Assembly: GCA_964016885.1 (NCBI GenBank)
Contig: OZ024741.1
Coordinates: 209,684,001 to 209,748,000, forward strand
DNA length: 64,000 bases
Direction of reading: 5' to 3'
Source: Eledone cirrhosa
Lineage: Eukaryota
Of this stretch, positions 38,146 through 51,500 are shown piece after piece. The notes under the pieces are model-generated. The model saw only the letters and a program-made list of their open reading frames with translations. It searched no databases and was not told where the DNA came from. Made by a program: the position numbers and the translations under genes. The first letter of the stretch is position 1. Every line of letters starts with the position of its first letter.

Positions 38146-40842
38146 AACCCCAACTTAACTTAACCCCAACTTAACTTAACCGCAACTTAACTTAACCGCA
38201 ACCTAACTTAACCCCAACTTAACTTAACCGCAACCTAACTTAACCCCAACTTAACTTAACCGCAACTTAACTTAACCCCAACCTAACTTAACCCCAACTT
38301 AACTTAACCGCAACTTAACTTAACCGCAACCTAACTTAACCCTAACTTAACTTAACCGCAACTTAACTTAACCGCAACTTAGCTTAACCCCAACCCTTGG
38401 TGGGATCGATCTGTAATTACTGGTACATGTGCAGACACTCATTGGCTGTGTGTGGCCTGATTTCCAGAAAGATATCTCCGTAAAATAACGAGTGGTGGCT
38501 GCGTAAAATAATGAATTACGCACGAAAATGAGAAAATTTCGATTCTCGATCGTGGGCCGGCCGGATGTCGGATCGATTCGTAAATACAAGGATAATGTGC
38601 GGACACTCCTTGGCTGTGTGCGGCATGATTTTCAGGACGATATCTCCGTAAAATCAAGAGTTGATAACCCCAACTTAACTTAACCCCAACTTAACTTAAC
38701 CGCAACTTAACTTAACCGCAACCTAACTTAACCCCAACTTAACTTAACCGCAACCTAACTTAACCCCAACTTAACTTAACCGCAACTTAACTTAACCCCA
38801 ACCTAACTTAACCCCAACTTAACTTAACCGCAACTTAACTTAACCGCAACCTAACTTAACCCTAACTTAACTTAACCGCAACTTAACTTAACCGCAACTT
38901 AGCTTAACCCCAACCCTTGGTGGGATCGATCTGTAATTACTGGTACATGTGCAGACACTCATTGGCTGTGTGTGGCCTGATTTCCAGAAAGATATCTCCG
39001 TAAAATAACGAGTGGTGGCTGCGTAAAATAATGAATTACGCACGAAAATGAGAAAATTTCGATTCTCGATCGTGGGCCGGCCGGATGTCGGATCGATTCG
39101 TAAATACAAGGATAATGTGCGGACACTCCTTGGCTGTGTGCGGCATGATTTTCAGGACGATATCTCCGTAAAATCAAGAGTTGATAACCCCAACTTAACT
39201 TAACCGCAACTTAACTTAACCGCAACCTAACTTAACCCTAACTTAACTTAACCGCAACTTAACTTAACCGCAACTTAGCTTAACCCCAACCCTTAGTGGG
39301 ATCGATCTGTAATTACTGGTACATGTGCAGACACTCATTGGCTGTGTGTGGCCTGATTTTCAGAAAGATATCTCCGTAAAATAACGAGTGGTGGCTGCGT
39401 AAAATAATGAATTACGCACGAAAATGAGAAAATTTCGATTCTCGATCGTGGGCCGGCCGGATGTCGGATCGATTCGTAAATACAAGGATAATGTGCGGAA
39501 ACTCCTTGGCTGTGTGCGGCATGATTTTCAGGACGATATCTCCGTAAAATCAAGAGTTGATAACCCCAACTTAACTTAACCCCAACTTAACTTAACCGCA
39601 ACTTAACTTAACCGCAACCTAACTTAACCCCAACTTAACTTAACCGCAACCTAACTTAACCCAAACTTAAGTTAACCGCAACTTAACTTAACCCCAACCT
39701 AACTTAACCCCAACTTAACTTAACCGCAGCTTAACTTAACCGCAACCTAACTTAACCCCAACTTAACTTAACCGCAACTTAACCCCAACTTAGCTTAACC
39801 CCAACCCTTGGTGGGATCGATCTGTAATTACTGGTACATGTGCAGACACTCATTGGCTGTGTGTGGCCTGATTTTTAGAAAGATATCTCCGTAAAATAAC
39901 GAGTCGTGGCTGCGTAAAATAATGAATTACGCACGAAAATGAGAAAATTTCGATTCTCGATCGTGGGCCGGCCGGATGTCGGATCGATTCGTAAATACAA
40001 GGATAATGTGCGGACACTCCTTGGCTGTGTGCGGCATGATTTTCAGGACGATATCTCCGTAAAATCAAGAGTTGATAACCCCAACTTAACTTAACCCCAA
40101 CTTAACTTAACCGCAACTTTACTTAACCGCAACCTAACTTAACCCCGACTTAACTTAACCGCAACCTAACTTAACACCAACTTAACTTAACCCCAACTTA
40201 ACTTAACCCCAACCTAACTTAACCCCAACTTAACTTAACCGCAACTTAACTTAACCGCAACCTAACTTAACCCCAACTTAACTTAACCGCAACTTAACTT
40301 AACCGCAACTTAGCTTAACCCCAACCCTTGGTGGGATCGATCTGTAATTACTGGTACATGTGCAGACACTCATTGGCTGTGTGTGGCCTGATTTTCAGAA
40401 AGATATCTCCGTAAAATAACGAGTGGTGGCTGCGTAAAATAATGAATTACGCACGAAAATGAGAAAATTTCGATTCTCGATCGTGGGCCGGCCGGATGTC
40501 GGATCGATTCGTAAATACAAGGATAATGTGCGGACACTCCTTGGCTGTGTGCGGCATGATTTTCAGGACGATATCTCCGTAAAATCAAGAGTTGATAACC
40601 CCAACTTAACTTAACCCCAACTTAACTTAACCGCAACTTAACTTAACCGCAACCTAACTTAACCCCAACTTAACTTAACCGCAACCTAACTTAACCCCAA
40701 CTTAACTTAACCGCAACTTAACTTAACCCCAACCTAACTTAACCCCAACTTAACTTAACCGCAACTTAACTTAACCGCAACCTAACTTAACCCCAACTTA
40801 ACTTAACCGCAACTTAACTTAACCGCAACTTAGCTTAACCCC

Positions 40843-43800
40843 AACCCTTGGTGGGATCGATCTGTAATTACTGGTACATGTGCAGACACTCATTGGCTGT
40901 GTGTGGCCTGATTTTTAGAAAGATATCTCCGTAAAATAACGAGTGGTGGCTGCGTAAAATAATGAATTACGCACGAAAATGAGAAAATTTCAATTCTCGA
41001 TCGTGGGCCGGCCGGATGTCGGATCGATTCGTAAATACAAGGATAATGTGCGGACACTCCTTGGCTGTGTGCGGCATGATTTTCAGGACGATATCTCCGT
41101 AAAATCAAGAGTTGATAACCCCAACTTAACTTAACCCCAACTTAACTTAACCGCAACTTTACTTAACCGCAACCTAACTTAACCCCAACTTAACTTAACC
41201 GCAACTTAACTTAACCGCAACTTAGCTTAACCCCAACCCTTGGTGGGATCGATCTGTAATTACTGGTACATGTGCAGACACTCATTGGCTGTGTGTGGCC
41301 TGATTTTCAGAAAGATATCTCCGTAAAATAACGAGTGGTGGCTGCGTAAAATAATGAATTATGCACGAAAATGAGAAAATTTCGATTCTCGATCGTGGGC
41401 CGGCCGGATGTCGGATCGATTCGTAAATACAAGGATAATGTGCAGACACTCCTTGGCTGTGTGCGGCATGATTTTCAGGACGATATCTCCGTAAAATCAA
41501 GAGTTGATAACCCCAACTTAACTTAACCCCAACTTAACTTAACCGCAACTTAACTTAACCGCAACCTAACTTAACCCCAACTTAACTTAACCGCAACCTA
41601 ACTTAACCCCAACTTAACTTAACCGCAACTTAACTTAACCCCAACCTAACTTAACCCCAACTTAACTTAACCGCAACTTAACTTAACCGCAACCTAACTT
41701 AACCCCAACTTAACTTAACCGCAACTTAACTTAACCGCAACTTAGCTTAACCCCAACCCTTGGTGGGATCGATCTGTAATTACTGGTACATGTGCAGACA
41801 CTCATTGGCTGTGTGTGGCCTGATTTTCAGAAAGATATCTCCGTAAAATAACGAGTGGTGGCTGCGTAAAATAATGAATTACGCACGAAAATGAGAAAAT
41901 TTCGATTCTCGATCGTGGGCCGGCCGGATGTCGGATCGATTCGTAAATACAAGGATAATGTGCGGACACTCCTTGGCTGTGTGCGGCATGATTTTCAGGA
42001 CGATATCTCCGTAAAATCAAGAGTTGATATCCCCAACTTAACTTAACCCCAACTTAACTTAACCGCAACTTAACTTAACCGCAACCTAACTTAACCCCAA
42101 CTTAACTTAACCGCAACCTAACTTAACCCCAACTTAACTTAACCGCAACTTAACTTAACCGCAACTTAGCTTAACCCCAACCCTTGGTGGGATCGATCTG
42201 TAATTACTGGTACATGTGCAGACACTCATTGGCTGTGTGTGGCCTGATTTTTAGAAAGATATCTCCGTAAAATAACGAGTGGTGGCTGCGTAAAATAATG
42301 AATTACGCACGAAAATGAGAAAATTTCAATTCTCGATCGTGGGCCGGCCGGATGTCGGATCGATTCGTAAATACAGGGATAATGTGCGGACACTCCTTGG
42401 CTGTGTGCGGCATGATTTTCAGGACGATATCTCCGTAAAATCAAGAGTTGATAACCCCAACTTAACTTAACCCCAACTTAACTTAACCGCAACTTTACTT
42501 AACCGCAACCTAACTTAACCCCAACTTAACTTAACCGCAACTTAACTTAACCGCAACTTAGCTTAACCCCAACCCTTGGTGGGATCGATCTGTAATTACT
42601 GGTACATGTGCAGACACTCATTGGCTGTGTGTGGCCTGATTTTCAGAAAGATATCTCCGTAAAATAACGAGTGGTGGCTGCGTAAAATAATGAATTATGC
42701 ACGAAAATGAGAAAATTTCGATTCTCGATCGTGGGCCGGCCGGATGTCGGATCGATTCGTAAATACAAGGATAATGTGCAGACACTCCTTGGCTGTGTGC
42801 GGCATGATTTTCAGGACGATATCTCCGTAAAATCAAGAGTTGATAACCCCAACTTAACTTAACCCCAACTTAACTTAACCGCAACTTAACTTAACCGCAA
42901 CCTAACTTAACCCCAACTTAACTTAACCGCAACCTAACTTAACCCCAACTTAACTTAACCGCAACTTAACTTAACCCCAACCTAACTTAACCCCAACTTA
43001 ACTTAACCGCAACTTAACTTAACCGCAACCTAACTTAACCCCAACTTAACTTAACCGCAACTTAACTTAACCGCAACTTAGCTTAACCCCAACCCTTGGT
43101 GGGATCGATCTGTAATTACTGGTACATGTGCAGACACTCATTGGCTGTGTGTGGCCTGATTTTCAGAAAGATATCTCCGTAAAATAACGAGTGGTGGCTG
43201 CGTAAAATAATGAATTACGCACGAAAATGAGAAAATTTCGATTCTCGATCGTGGGCCGGCCGGATGTCGGATCGATTCGTAAATACAAGGATAATGTGCG
43301 GACACTCCTTGGCTGTGTGCGGCATGATTTTCAGGACGATATCTCCGTAAAATCAAGAGTTGATATCCCCAACTTAACTTAACCCCAACTTAACTTAACC
43401 GCAACTTAACTTAACCGCAACCTAACTTAACCCCAACTTAACTTAACCGCAACCTAACTTAACCCCAACTTAACTTAACCGCAACTTAACTTAACCGCAA
43501 CTTAGCTTAACCCCAACCCTTGGTGGGATCGATCTGTAATTACTGGTACATGTGCAGACACTCATTGGCTGCGTGTGGCCTGATTTTTAGAAAGATATCT
43601 CCGTAAAATAACGAGTGGTGGCTGCGTAAAATAATGAATTACGCACGAAAATGAGAAAATTTCAATTCTCGATCGTGGGCCGGCCGGATGTCGGATCGAT
43701 TCGTAAATACAAGGATAATGTGCGGACACTCCTTGGCTGTGTGCGGCATGATTTTCAGGACGATATCTCCGTAAAATCAAGAGTTGATAACCCCAACTTA

Positions 43801-46800
43801 ACTTAACCCCAACTTAACTTAACCGCAACTTTACTTAACCGCAACCTAACTTAACCCCAACTTAACTTAACCGCAACTTAACTTAACCGCAACTTAGCTT
43901 AACCCCAACCCTTGGTGGGATCGATCTGTAATTACTGGTACATGTGCAGACACTCATTGGCTGTGTGTGGCCTGATTTTCAGAAAGATATCTCCGTAAAA
44001 TAACGAGTGGTGGCTGCGTAAAATAATGAATTATGCACGAAAATGAGAAAATTTCGATTCTCGATCGTGGGCCGGCCGGATGTCGGATCGATTCGTAAAT
44101 ACAAGGATAATGTGCAGACACTCCTTGGCTGTGTGCGGCATGATTTTCAGGACGATATCTCCGTAAAATCAAGAGTTGATAACCCCAACTTAACTTAACC
44201 CCAACTTAACTTAACCGCAACTTAACTTAACCGCAACCTAACTTAACCCCAACTTAACTTAACCGCAACCTAACTTAACCCCAACTTAACTTAACCGCAA
44301 CTTAACTTAACCCCAACCTAACTTAACCCCAACTTAACTTAACCGCAACTTAACTTAACCGCAACCTAACTTAACCCCAACTTAACTTAACCGCAACTTA
44401 ACTTAACCGCAACTTAGCTTAACCCCAACCCTTGGTGGGATCGATCTGTAATTACTGGTACATGTGCAGACACTCATTGGCTGTGTGTGGCCTGATTTTC
44501 AGAAAGATATCTCCGTAAAATAACGAGTGGTGGCTGCGTAAAATAATGAATTACGCACGAAAATGAGAAAATTTCGATTCTCGATCGTGGGCCGGCCGGA
44601 TGTCGGATCGATTCGTAAATACAAGGATAATGTGCGGACACTCCTTGGCTGTGTGCGGCATGATTTTCAGGACGATATCTCCGTAAAATCAAGAGTTGAT
44701 ATCCCCAACTTAACTTAACCCCAACTTAACTTAACCGCAACTTAACTTAACCGCAACCTAACTTAACCCCAACTTAACTTAACCGCAACCTAACTTAACC
44801 CCAACTTAACTTAACCGCAACTTAACTTAACCGCAACTTAGCTTAACCCCAACCCTTGGTGGGATCGATCTGTAATTACTGGTACATGTGCAGACATTCA
44901 TTGGCTGTGTGTGGCCTGATTTTCAGAAAGATATCTCCGTAAAATAACGAGTGGTGGCTGCGTAAAATAATGAATTACGCACGAAAATGAGAAAATTTCG
45001 ATTCTCGATCGTGGGCCGGCCGGATGTCGGATCGATTCGTAAATACAAGGATAATGTGCGGACACTCCTTGGCTGTGTGCGGCATGATTTTCAGGACGAT
45101 ATCTCCGTAAAATCAAGAGTTGATAACCCCAACTTAATTTAACCCCAACTTAACTTAACCGCAACTTAACTTAACCGCAACCTAACTTAACCCCAACTTA
45201 ACTTAACCGCAACCTAACTTAACCCCAACTTAACTTAACCGCAACTTAACTTAACCCCAACCTAACTTAACCCCAACTTAACTTAACCGCAACTTAACTT
45301 AACCGCAACTTAGCTTAACCCCAACCCTTGGTGGGATCGATCTGTAATTACTGGTACATGTGCAGACACTCATTGGCTGTGTGTGGCCTGATTTTCAGAA
45401 AGATATCTCCGTAAAATAACGAGTGGTGGCTGCGTAAAATAATGAATTACGCACGAAAATGAGAAAATTTCGATTCTCGATCGTGGGCCGGCCGGATGTC
45501 GGATCGATTCGTAAATACAAGGATAATGTGCGGACACTCCTTGCCTGTGAGCCGCATGATTTTCAGGACGATATCTCCGTAAAATCAAGAGTTGATAACC
45601 CCAACTTAACTTAACCCCAACTTAACTTAACCGCAACTTAACTTAACCGCAACCTAACTTAACCCCAACTTAACTTAACCGCAACCTAACTTAACCCCAA
45701 CTTAACTTAACCGCAACTTAACTTAACCGCAACTTAGCTTAACCCCAACCCTTGGTGGGATCGATCTGTAATTACTGGTACATGTGCAGACACTCATTGG
45801 CTGTGTGTGGCCTGATTTTTAGAAAGATATCTCCGTAAAATAACGAGTGGTGGCTGCGTAAAATAATGAATTACGCACGAAAATGAGAAAATTTCAATTC
45901 TCGATCGTGGGCCGGCCGGATGTCGGATCGATTCGTAAATACAAGGATAATGTGCGGACACTCCTTGGCTGTGTGCGGCATGATTTTCAGGACGATATCT
46001 CCGTAAAATCAAGAGTTGATAACCCCAACTTAACTTAACCCCAACTTAACTTAACCGCAACTTTACTTAACCGCAACCTAACTTAACCCCAACTTAACTT
46101 AACCGCAACTTAACTTAACCGCAACTTAGCTTAACCCCAACCCTTGGTGGGATCGATCTGTAATTACTGGTACATGTGCAGACACTCATTGGCTGTGTGT
46201 GGCCTGATTTTCAGAAAGATATCTCCGTAAAATAACGAGTGGTGGCTGCGTAAAATAATGAATTATGCACGAAAATGAGAAAATTTCGATTCTCGATCGT
46301 GGGCCGGCCGGATGTCGGATCGATTCGTAAATACAAGGATAATGTGCAGACACTCCTTGGCTGTGTGCGGCATGATTTTCAGGACGATATCTCCGTAAAA
46401 TCAAGAGTTGATAACCCCAACTTAACTTAACCCCAACTTATCTTAACCGCAACTTAACTTAACCGCAACCTAACTTAACCCCAACTTAACTTAACCGCAA
46501 CCTAACTTAACCCCAACTTAACTTAACCGCAACTTAACTTAACCCCAACCTAACTTAACCCCAACTTAACTTAACCGCAACTTAACTTAACCGCAACCTA
46601 ACTTAACCCCAACTTAACTTAACCGCAACTTAACTTAACCGCAACTTAGCTTAACCCCAACCCTTGGTGGGATCGATCTGTAATTACTGGTACATGTGCA
46701 GACACTCATTGGCTGTGTGTGGCCTGATTTTCAGAAAGATATCTCCGTAAAATAACGAGTGGTGGCTGCGTAAAATAATGAATTACGCACGAAAATGAGA

Positions 46801-47828
46801 AAATTTCGATTCTCGATCGTGGGCCGGCCGGATGTCGGATCGATTCGTAAATACAAGGATAATGTGCGGACACTCCTTGGCTGTGTGCGGCATGATTTTC
46901 AGGACGATATCTCCGTAAAATCAAGAGTTGATATCCCCAACTTAACTTAACCCCAACTTAACTTAACCGCAACTTAACTTAACCGCAACCTAACTTAACC
47001 CCAACTTAACTTAACCGCAACCTAACTTAACCCCAACTTAACTTAACCGCAACTTAACTTAACCGCAACTTAGCTTAACCCCAACCCTTGGTGGGATCGA
47101 TCTGTAATTACTGGTACATGTGCAGACATTCATTGGCTGTGTGTGGCCTGATTTTCAGAAAGATATCTCCGTAAAATAACGAGTGGTGGCTGCGTAAAAT
47201 AATGAATTACGCACGAAAATGAGAAAATTTCGATTCTCGATCGTGGGCCGGCCGGATGTCGGATCGATTCGTAAATACAAGGATAATGTGCGGACACTCC
47301 TTGGCTGTGTGCGGCATGATTTTCAGGACGATATCTCCGTAAAATCAAGAGTTGATAACCCCAACTTAATTTAACCCCAACTTAACTTAACCGCAACTTA
47401 ACTTAACCGCAACCTAACTTAACCCCAACTTAACTTAACCGCAACCTAACTTAACCCCAACTTAACTTAACCGCAACTTAACTTAACCCCAACCTAACTT
47501 AACCCCAACTTAACTTAACCGCAACTTAACTTAACCGCAACTTAGCTTAACCCCAACCCTTGGTGGGATCGATCTGTAATTACTGGTACATGTGCAGACA
47601 CTCATTGGCTGTGTGTGGCCTGATTTTCAGAAAGATATCTCCGTAAAATAACGAGTGGTGGCTGCGTAAAATAATGAATTACGCACGAAAATGAGAAAAT
47701 TTCGATTCTCGATCGTGGGCCGGCCGGATGTCGGATCGATTCGTAAATACAAGGATAATGTGCGGACACTCCTTGCCTGTGAGCCGCATGATTTTCAGGA
47801 CGATATCTCCGTAAAATCAAGAGTTGAT
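40843..47828. repeat. Short-monomer domain: 3-mer HOR (392+520+424=1336 bp) grading into a 5-mer HOR (2232 bp x 2)
   Basis: 1336-bp series: 40890/42226/43562 and 41282/42618/43954. 2232-bp pairs: 43562/45794, 44898/47130 (GACATTC), 45370/47602 (472-bp monomer, CCTGTGAGCC). Confidence 0.93.
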
Positions 47829-48589
47829 AACCCCAACTTAACTTAACCCCAACTTAACTTAACCGCAACTTAACTTAACCGCAACCTAACTTAACCCCAA
47901 CTTAACTTAACCGCAACCTAACTTAACCCCAACTTAACTTAACCGCAACTTAACTTAACCCCAACCTAACTTAACCCCAACTTAACTTAACGGCAACTTA
48001 ACTTAACCGCAACCTAACTTAACCCCAACTTAACTTATCCGCAACTTAACTTAACCGCAACTTAGCTTAACCCCAACCCTTGGTGGGATCGATCTGTAAT
48101 TACTGGTACATATGCAGACACTCATTGGCTGTGTGTGGCCTGATTTTCAGAAAGATATCTCCGTAAAATAACGAGTGGTGGCTGCGTAAAATAATGAATT
48201 ACGCACGAAAATGAGAAAATTTCGATTCTCGATCGTGGGCCGGCCGGATGTCGGATCGATTCGTAAATACAAGGATAATGTGCGGACACTCCTTGGCTGT
48301 GTGCGGCATGATTTTCAGGACGATATCTCCGTAAAATCAAGAGTTGATAACCCCAACTTAACTTAACCCCAACTTAACTTAACCGCAACTTAACTTAACC
48401 GCAACCTAACTTAACCCCAACTTAACTTAACCGCAACCTAACTTAACCCAAACTTAACTTAACCGCAACTTAACTTAACCCCAACCTAACTTAACCCCAA
48501 CTTAACTTAACCGCAACTTAACTTAACCGCAACCTAACTTAACCCCAACTTAACTTAACCGCAACTTAACCCCAACTTAGCTTAACCCT

Positions 48590-51500
48590 AACCCTTGGTG
48601 GGATCGATCTGTAATTACTGGTACATGTGCAGACACTCATTGGCTGTGTGTGGCCTGATTTTTAGAAAGATATCTCCGTAAAATAACGAGTGGTGGCTGC
48701 GTAAAATAATGAATTACGCACGAAAATGAGAAAATTTCGATTCTCGATCGTGGGCCGGCCGGATGTCGGATCGATTCGTAAATACAAGGATAATGTGCGG
48801 GCACTCCTTGGCTGTGTGCGGCATGATTTTCAGGACGATATCTCCGTAAAATCAAGAGTTGATAACCCCAACTTAACTTAACCCCAACTTAACTTAACCG
48901 CAACTTTACTTAACCGCAACCTAACTTAACCCCAACTTAACTTAACCGCAACCTAACTTAACCCCAACTTAACTTAACCCCAACTTAACTTAACCCCAAC
49001 CTAACTTAACCCCAACTTAACTTAACCGCAACTTAACTTAACCGCAACCTAACTTAACCCCAACTTAAATTAACCGCAACTTAACTTAACCGCAACTTAG
49101 CTTAACCCCAACCCTTGGTGGGATCGATCTGTAATTACTGGTACATGTGCAGACACTCATTGGCTGTGTGTGGCCTGATTTTCAGAAAGATATCTCCGTA
49201 AAATAACGAGTGGTGGCTGCGTAAAATAATGAATTACGCACGAAAATGAGAAAATTTCGATTCTCGATCGTGGGCCGGCCGGATGTCGGATCGATTCGTA
49301 AATACAAGGATAATGTGCGGACACTCCTTGGCTGTGTGCGGCATGATTTTCAGGACGATATCTCCGTAAAATCAAGAGTTGATAACCCCAACTTAACTTA
49401 ACCCCAACTTAACTTAACCGCAACTTAACTTAACCTCAACCTAACTTAACCCCAACTTAACTTAACCGCAACCTAACTTAACCCCAACTTAACTTAACCG
49501 CAACTTAACTTAACCCCAACTTAACTTAACCCCAACTTAACTTAACCGCAACTTAACTTAACCGCAACCTAACTTAACCCCAACTTAACTTAACCGCAAC
49601 TTAACTTAACCGCAACTTAGCTTAACCCCAACCCTTGGTGGGATCGATCTGTAATTACTGGTATATGTGCAGACACTCATTGGCTGTGTGTGGCCTGATT
49701 TTCAGAAAGATATCTCCGTAAAATAACGAGTGGTGGCTGCGTAAAATAATGAATTACGCACGAAAATGAGAAAATTTCCATTCTCGATCGTGGGCCGGCC
49801 GGATGTCGGATCGATTCGTAAATACAAGGATAATGTGCGGACACTCCTTGGCTGTGTGCGGCATGATTTTCAGGACGATATCTCCGTAAAATCAAGAGTT
49901 GATAACCCCAACTTAACTTAACCCCAACTTAACTTAACCGCAACTTAACTTAACCGCAACCTAACTTAACCCCAACTTAACTTAACCGCAACCTAACTTA
50001 ACCCCAACTTAACTTAACCGCAACTTAACTTAACCCCAACCTAACTTAACCCCAACTTAACTTAACCGCAACTTAACTTAACCGCAACCTAACTTAACCC
50101 CAACTTAACTTAACCGCAACTTAACTTAACCGCAACTTAGCTTAACCCCAACCCTTGGTGGGATCGATCTGTAATTACTGGTACATGTGCAGACACTCAT
50201 TGGCTGTGTGTGGCCTGATTTTGAGAAAGATATCTCCGTAAAATAACGAGTGGTGGCTGCGTAAAATAATGAATTACGCACGAAAATGAGAAAATTTCGA
50301 TTCTCGATGGTGGGCCGGCCGGATGTCGGATCGATTCGTAAATACAAGGATAATGTGCGGACACTCCTTGGCTGTGTGCGGCATGATTTTCAGGACGATA
50401 TCTCCGTAAAATCAAGAGTTGATAACCCCAACTTAACTTAACCCCAACTTAACTTAACCCCAACTTAACTTAACCCCAACTTAACTTAACCGCAACTTAA
50501 CTTAACCGCAACCTAACTTAACCCCAACTTAGCTTAACCGCAACTTAACTTAACCCCAACCTAACTTAACCCCAACTTAACTTAACCGCAACTTAACTTA
50601 ACCGCAACCTAACTTAACCCCAACTTAACTTAACCGCAACTTAACTTAACCGCAACTTAGCTTAACCCCAACCCTTGGTGGGATCGATCTGTAATTACTG
50701 GTACATGTGCAGACACTCATTGGCTGTGTGTGGCCTGATTTTCAGAAAGATATCTCCGTAAAATAACGAGTGGTGGCTGCGTAAAATAATGAATTACGCA
50801 CGAAAATGAGAAAATTTCGATTCTCGATCGTGGGCCGGCCGGATGTCGGATCGATTCGTAAATACAAGGATAATGTGCGGACACTCCTTGGCTGTGTGCG
50901 GCATGATTTTCAGGACGATATCTCCGTAAAATCAAGAGTTGATAACCCCAACTTAACTTAACCCCAACTTAACTTAACCGCAACTTAACTTAACCGCAAC
51001 CTAACTTAACCCCAACTTAACTTAACCGCAACCTAACTTAACCCCAACTTAACTTAACCGCAACTTAACTTAACCCCAACCTAACTTAACCCCAACTTAA
51101 CTTAACCGCAACTTAACTTAACCGCAACCTAACTTAACCCTAACTTAACTTAACCGCAACTTAACTTAACCGCAACTTAGCTTAACCCTAACCCTTGGTG
51201 GGATCGATCTGTAATTACTGGTACATGTGCAGACACTCATTGGCTGTGTGTGGCCTGATTTCCAGAAAGATATCTCCGTAAAATAACGAGTGGTGGCTGC
51301 GTAAAATAATGAATTACGCACGAAAATGAGAAAATTTCGATTCTCGATCGTGGGCCGGCCGGATGTCGGATCGATTCGTAAATACAAGGATAATGTGCGG
51401 ACACTCCTTGGCTGTGTGCGGCATGATTTTCAGGACGATATCTCCGTAAAATCAAGAGTTGATAACCCCAACTTAACTTAACCGCAACTTAACTTAACCG

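Noticed and set aside
41441-41450. Sub-repeat B variant GTGCAGACAC matching sub-repeat A, suggesting A-to-B conversion
   Set aside because: It is a single CpG->CpA change with flanking B-specific sites unchanged, equally explained by point mutation.
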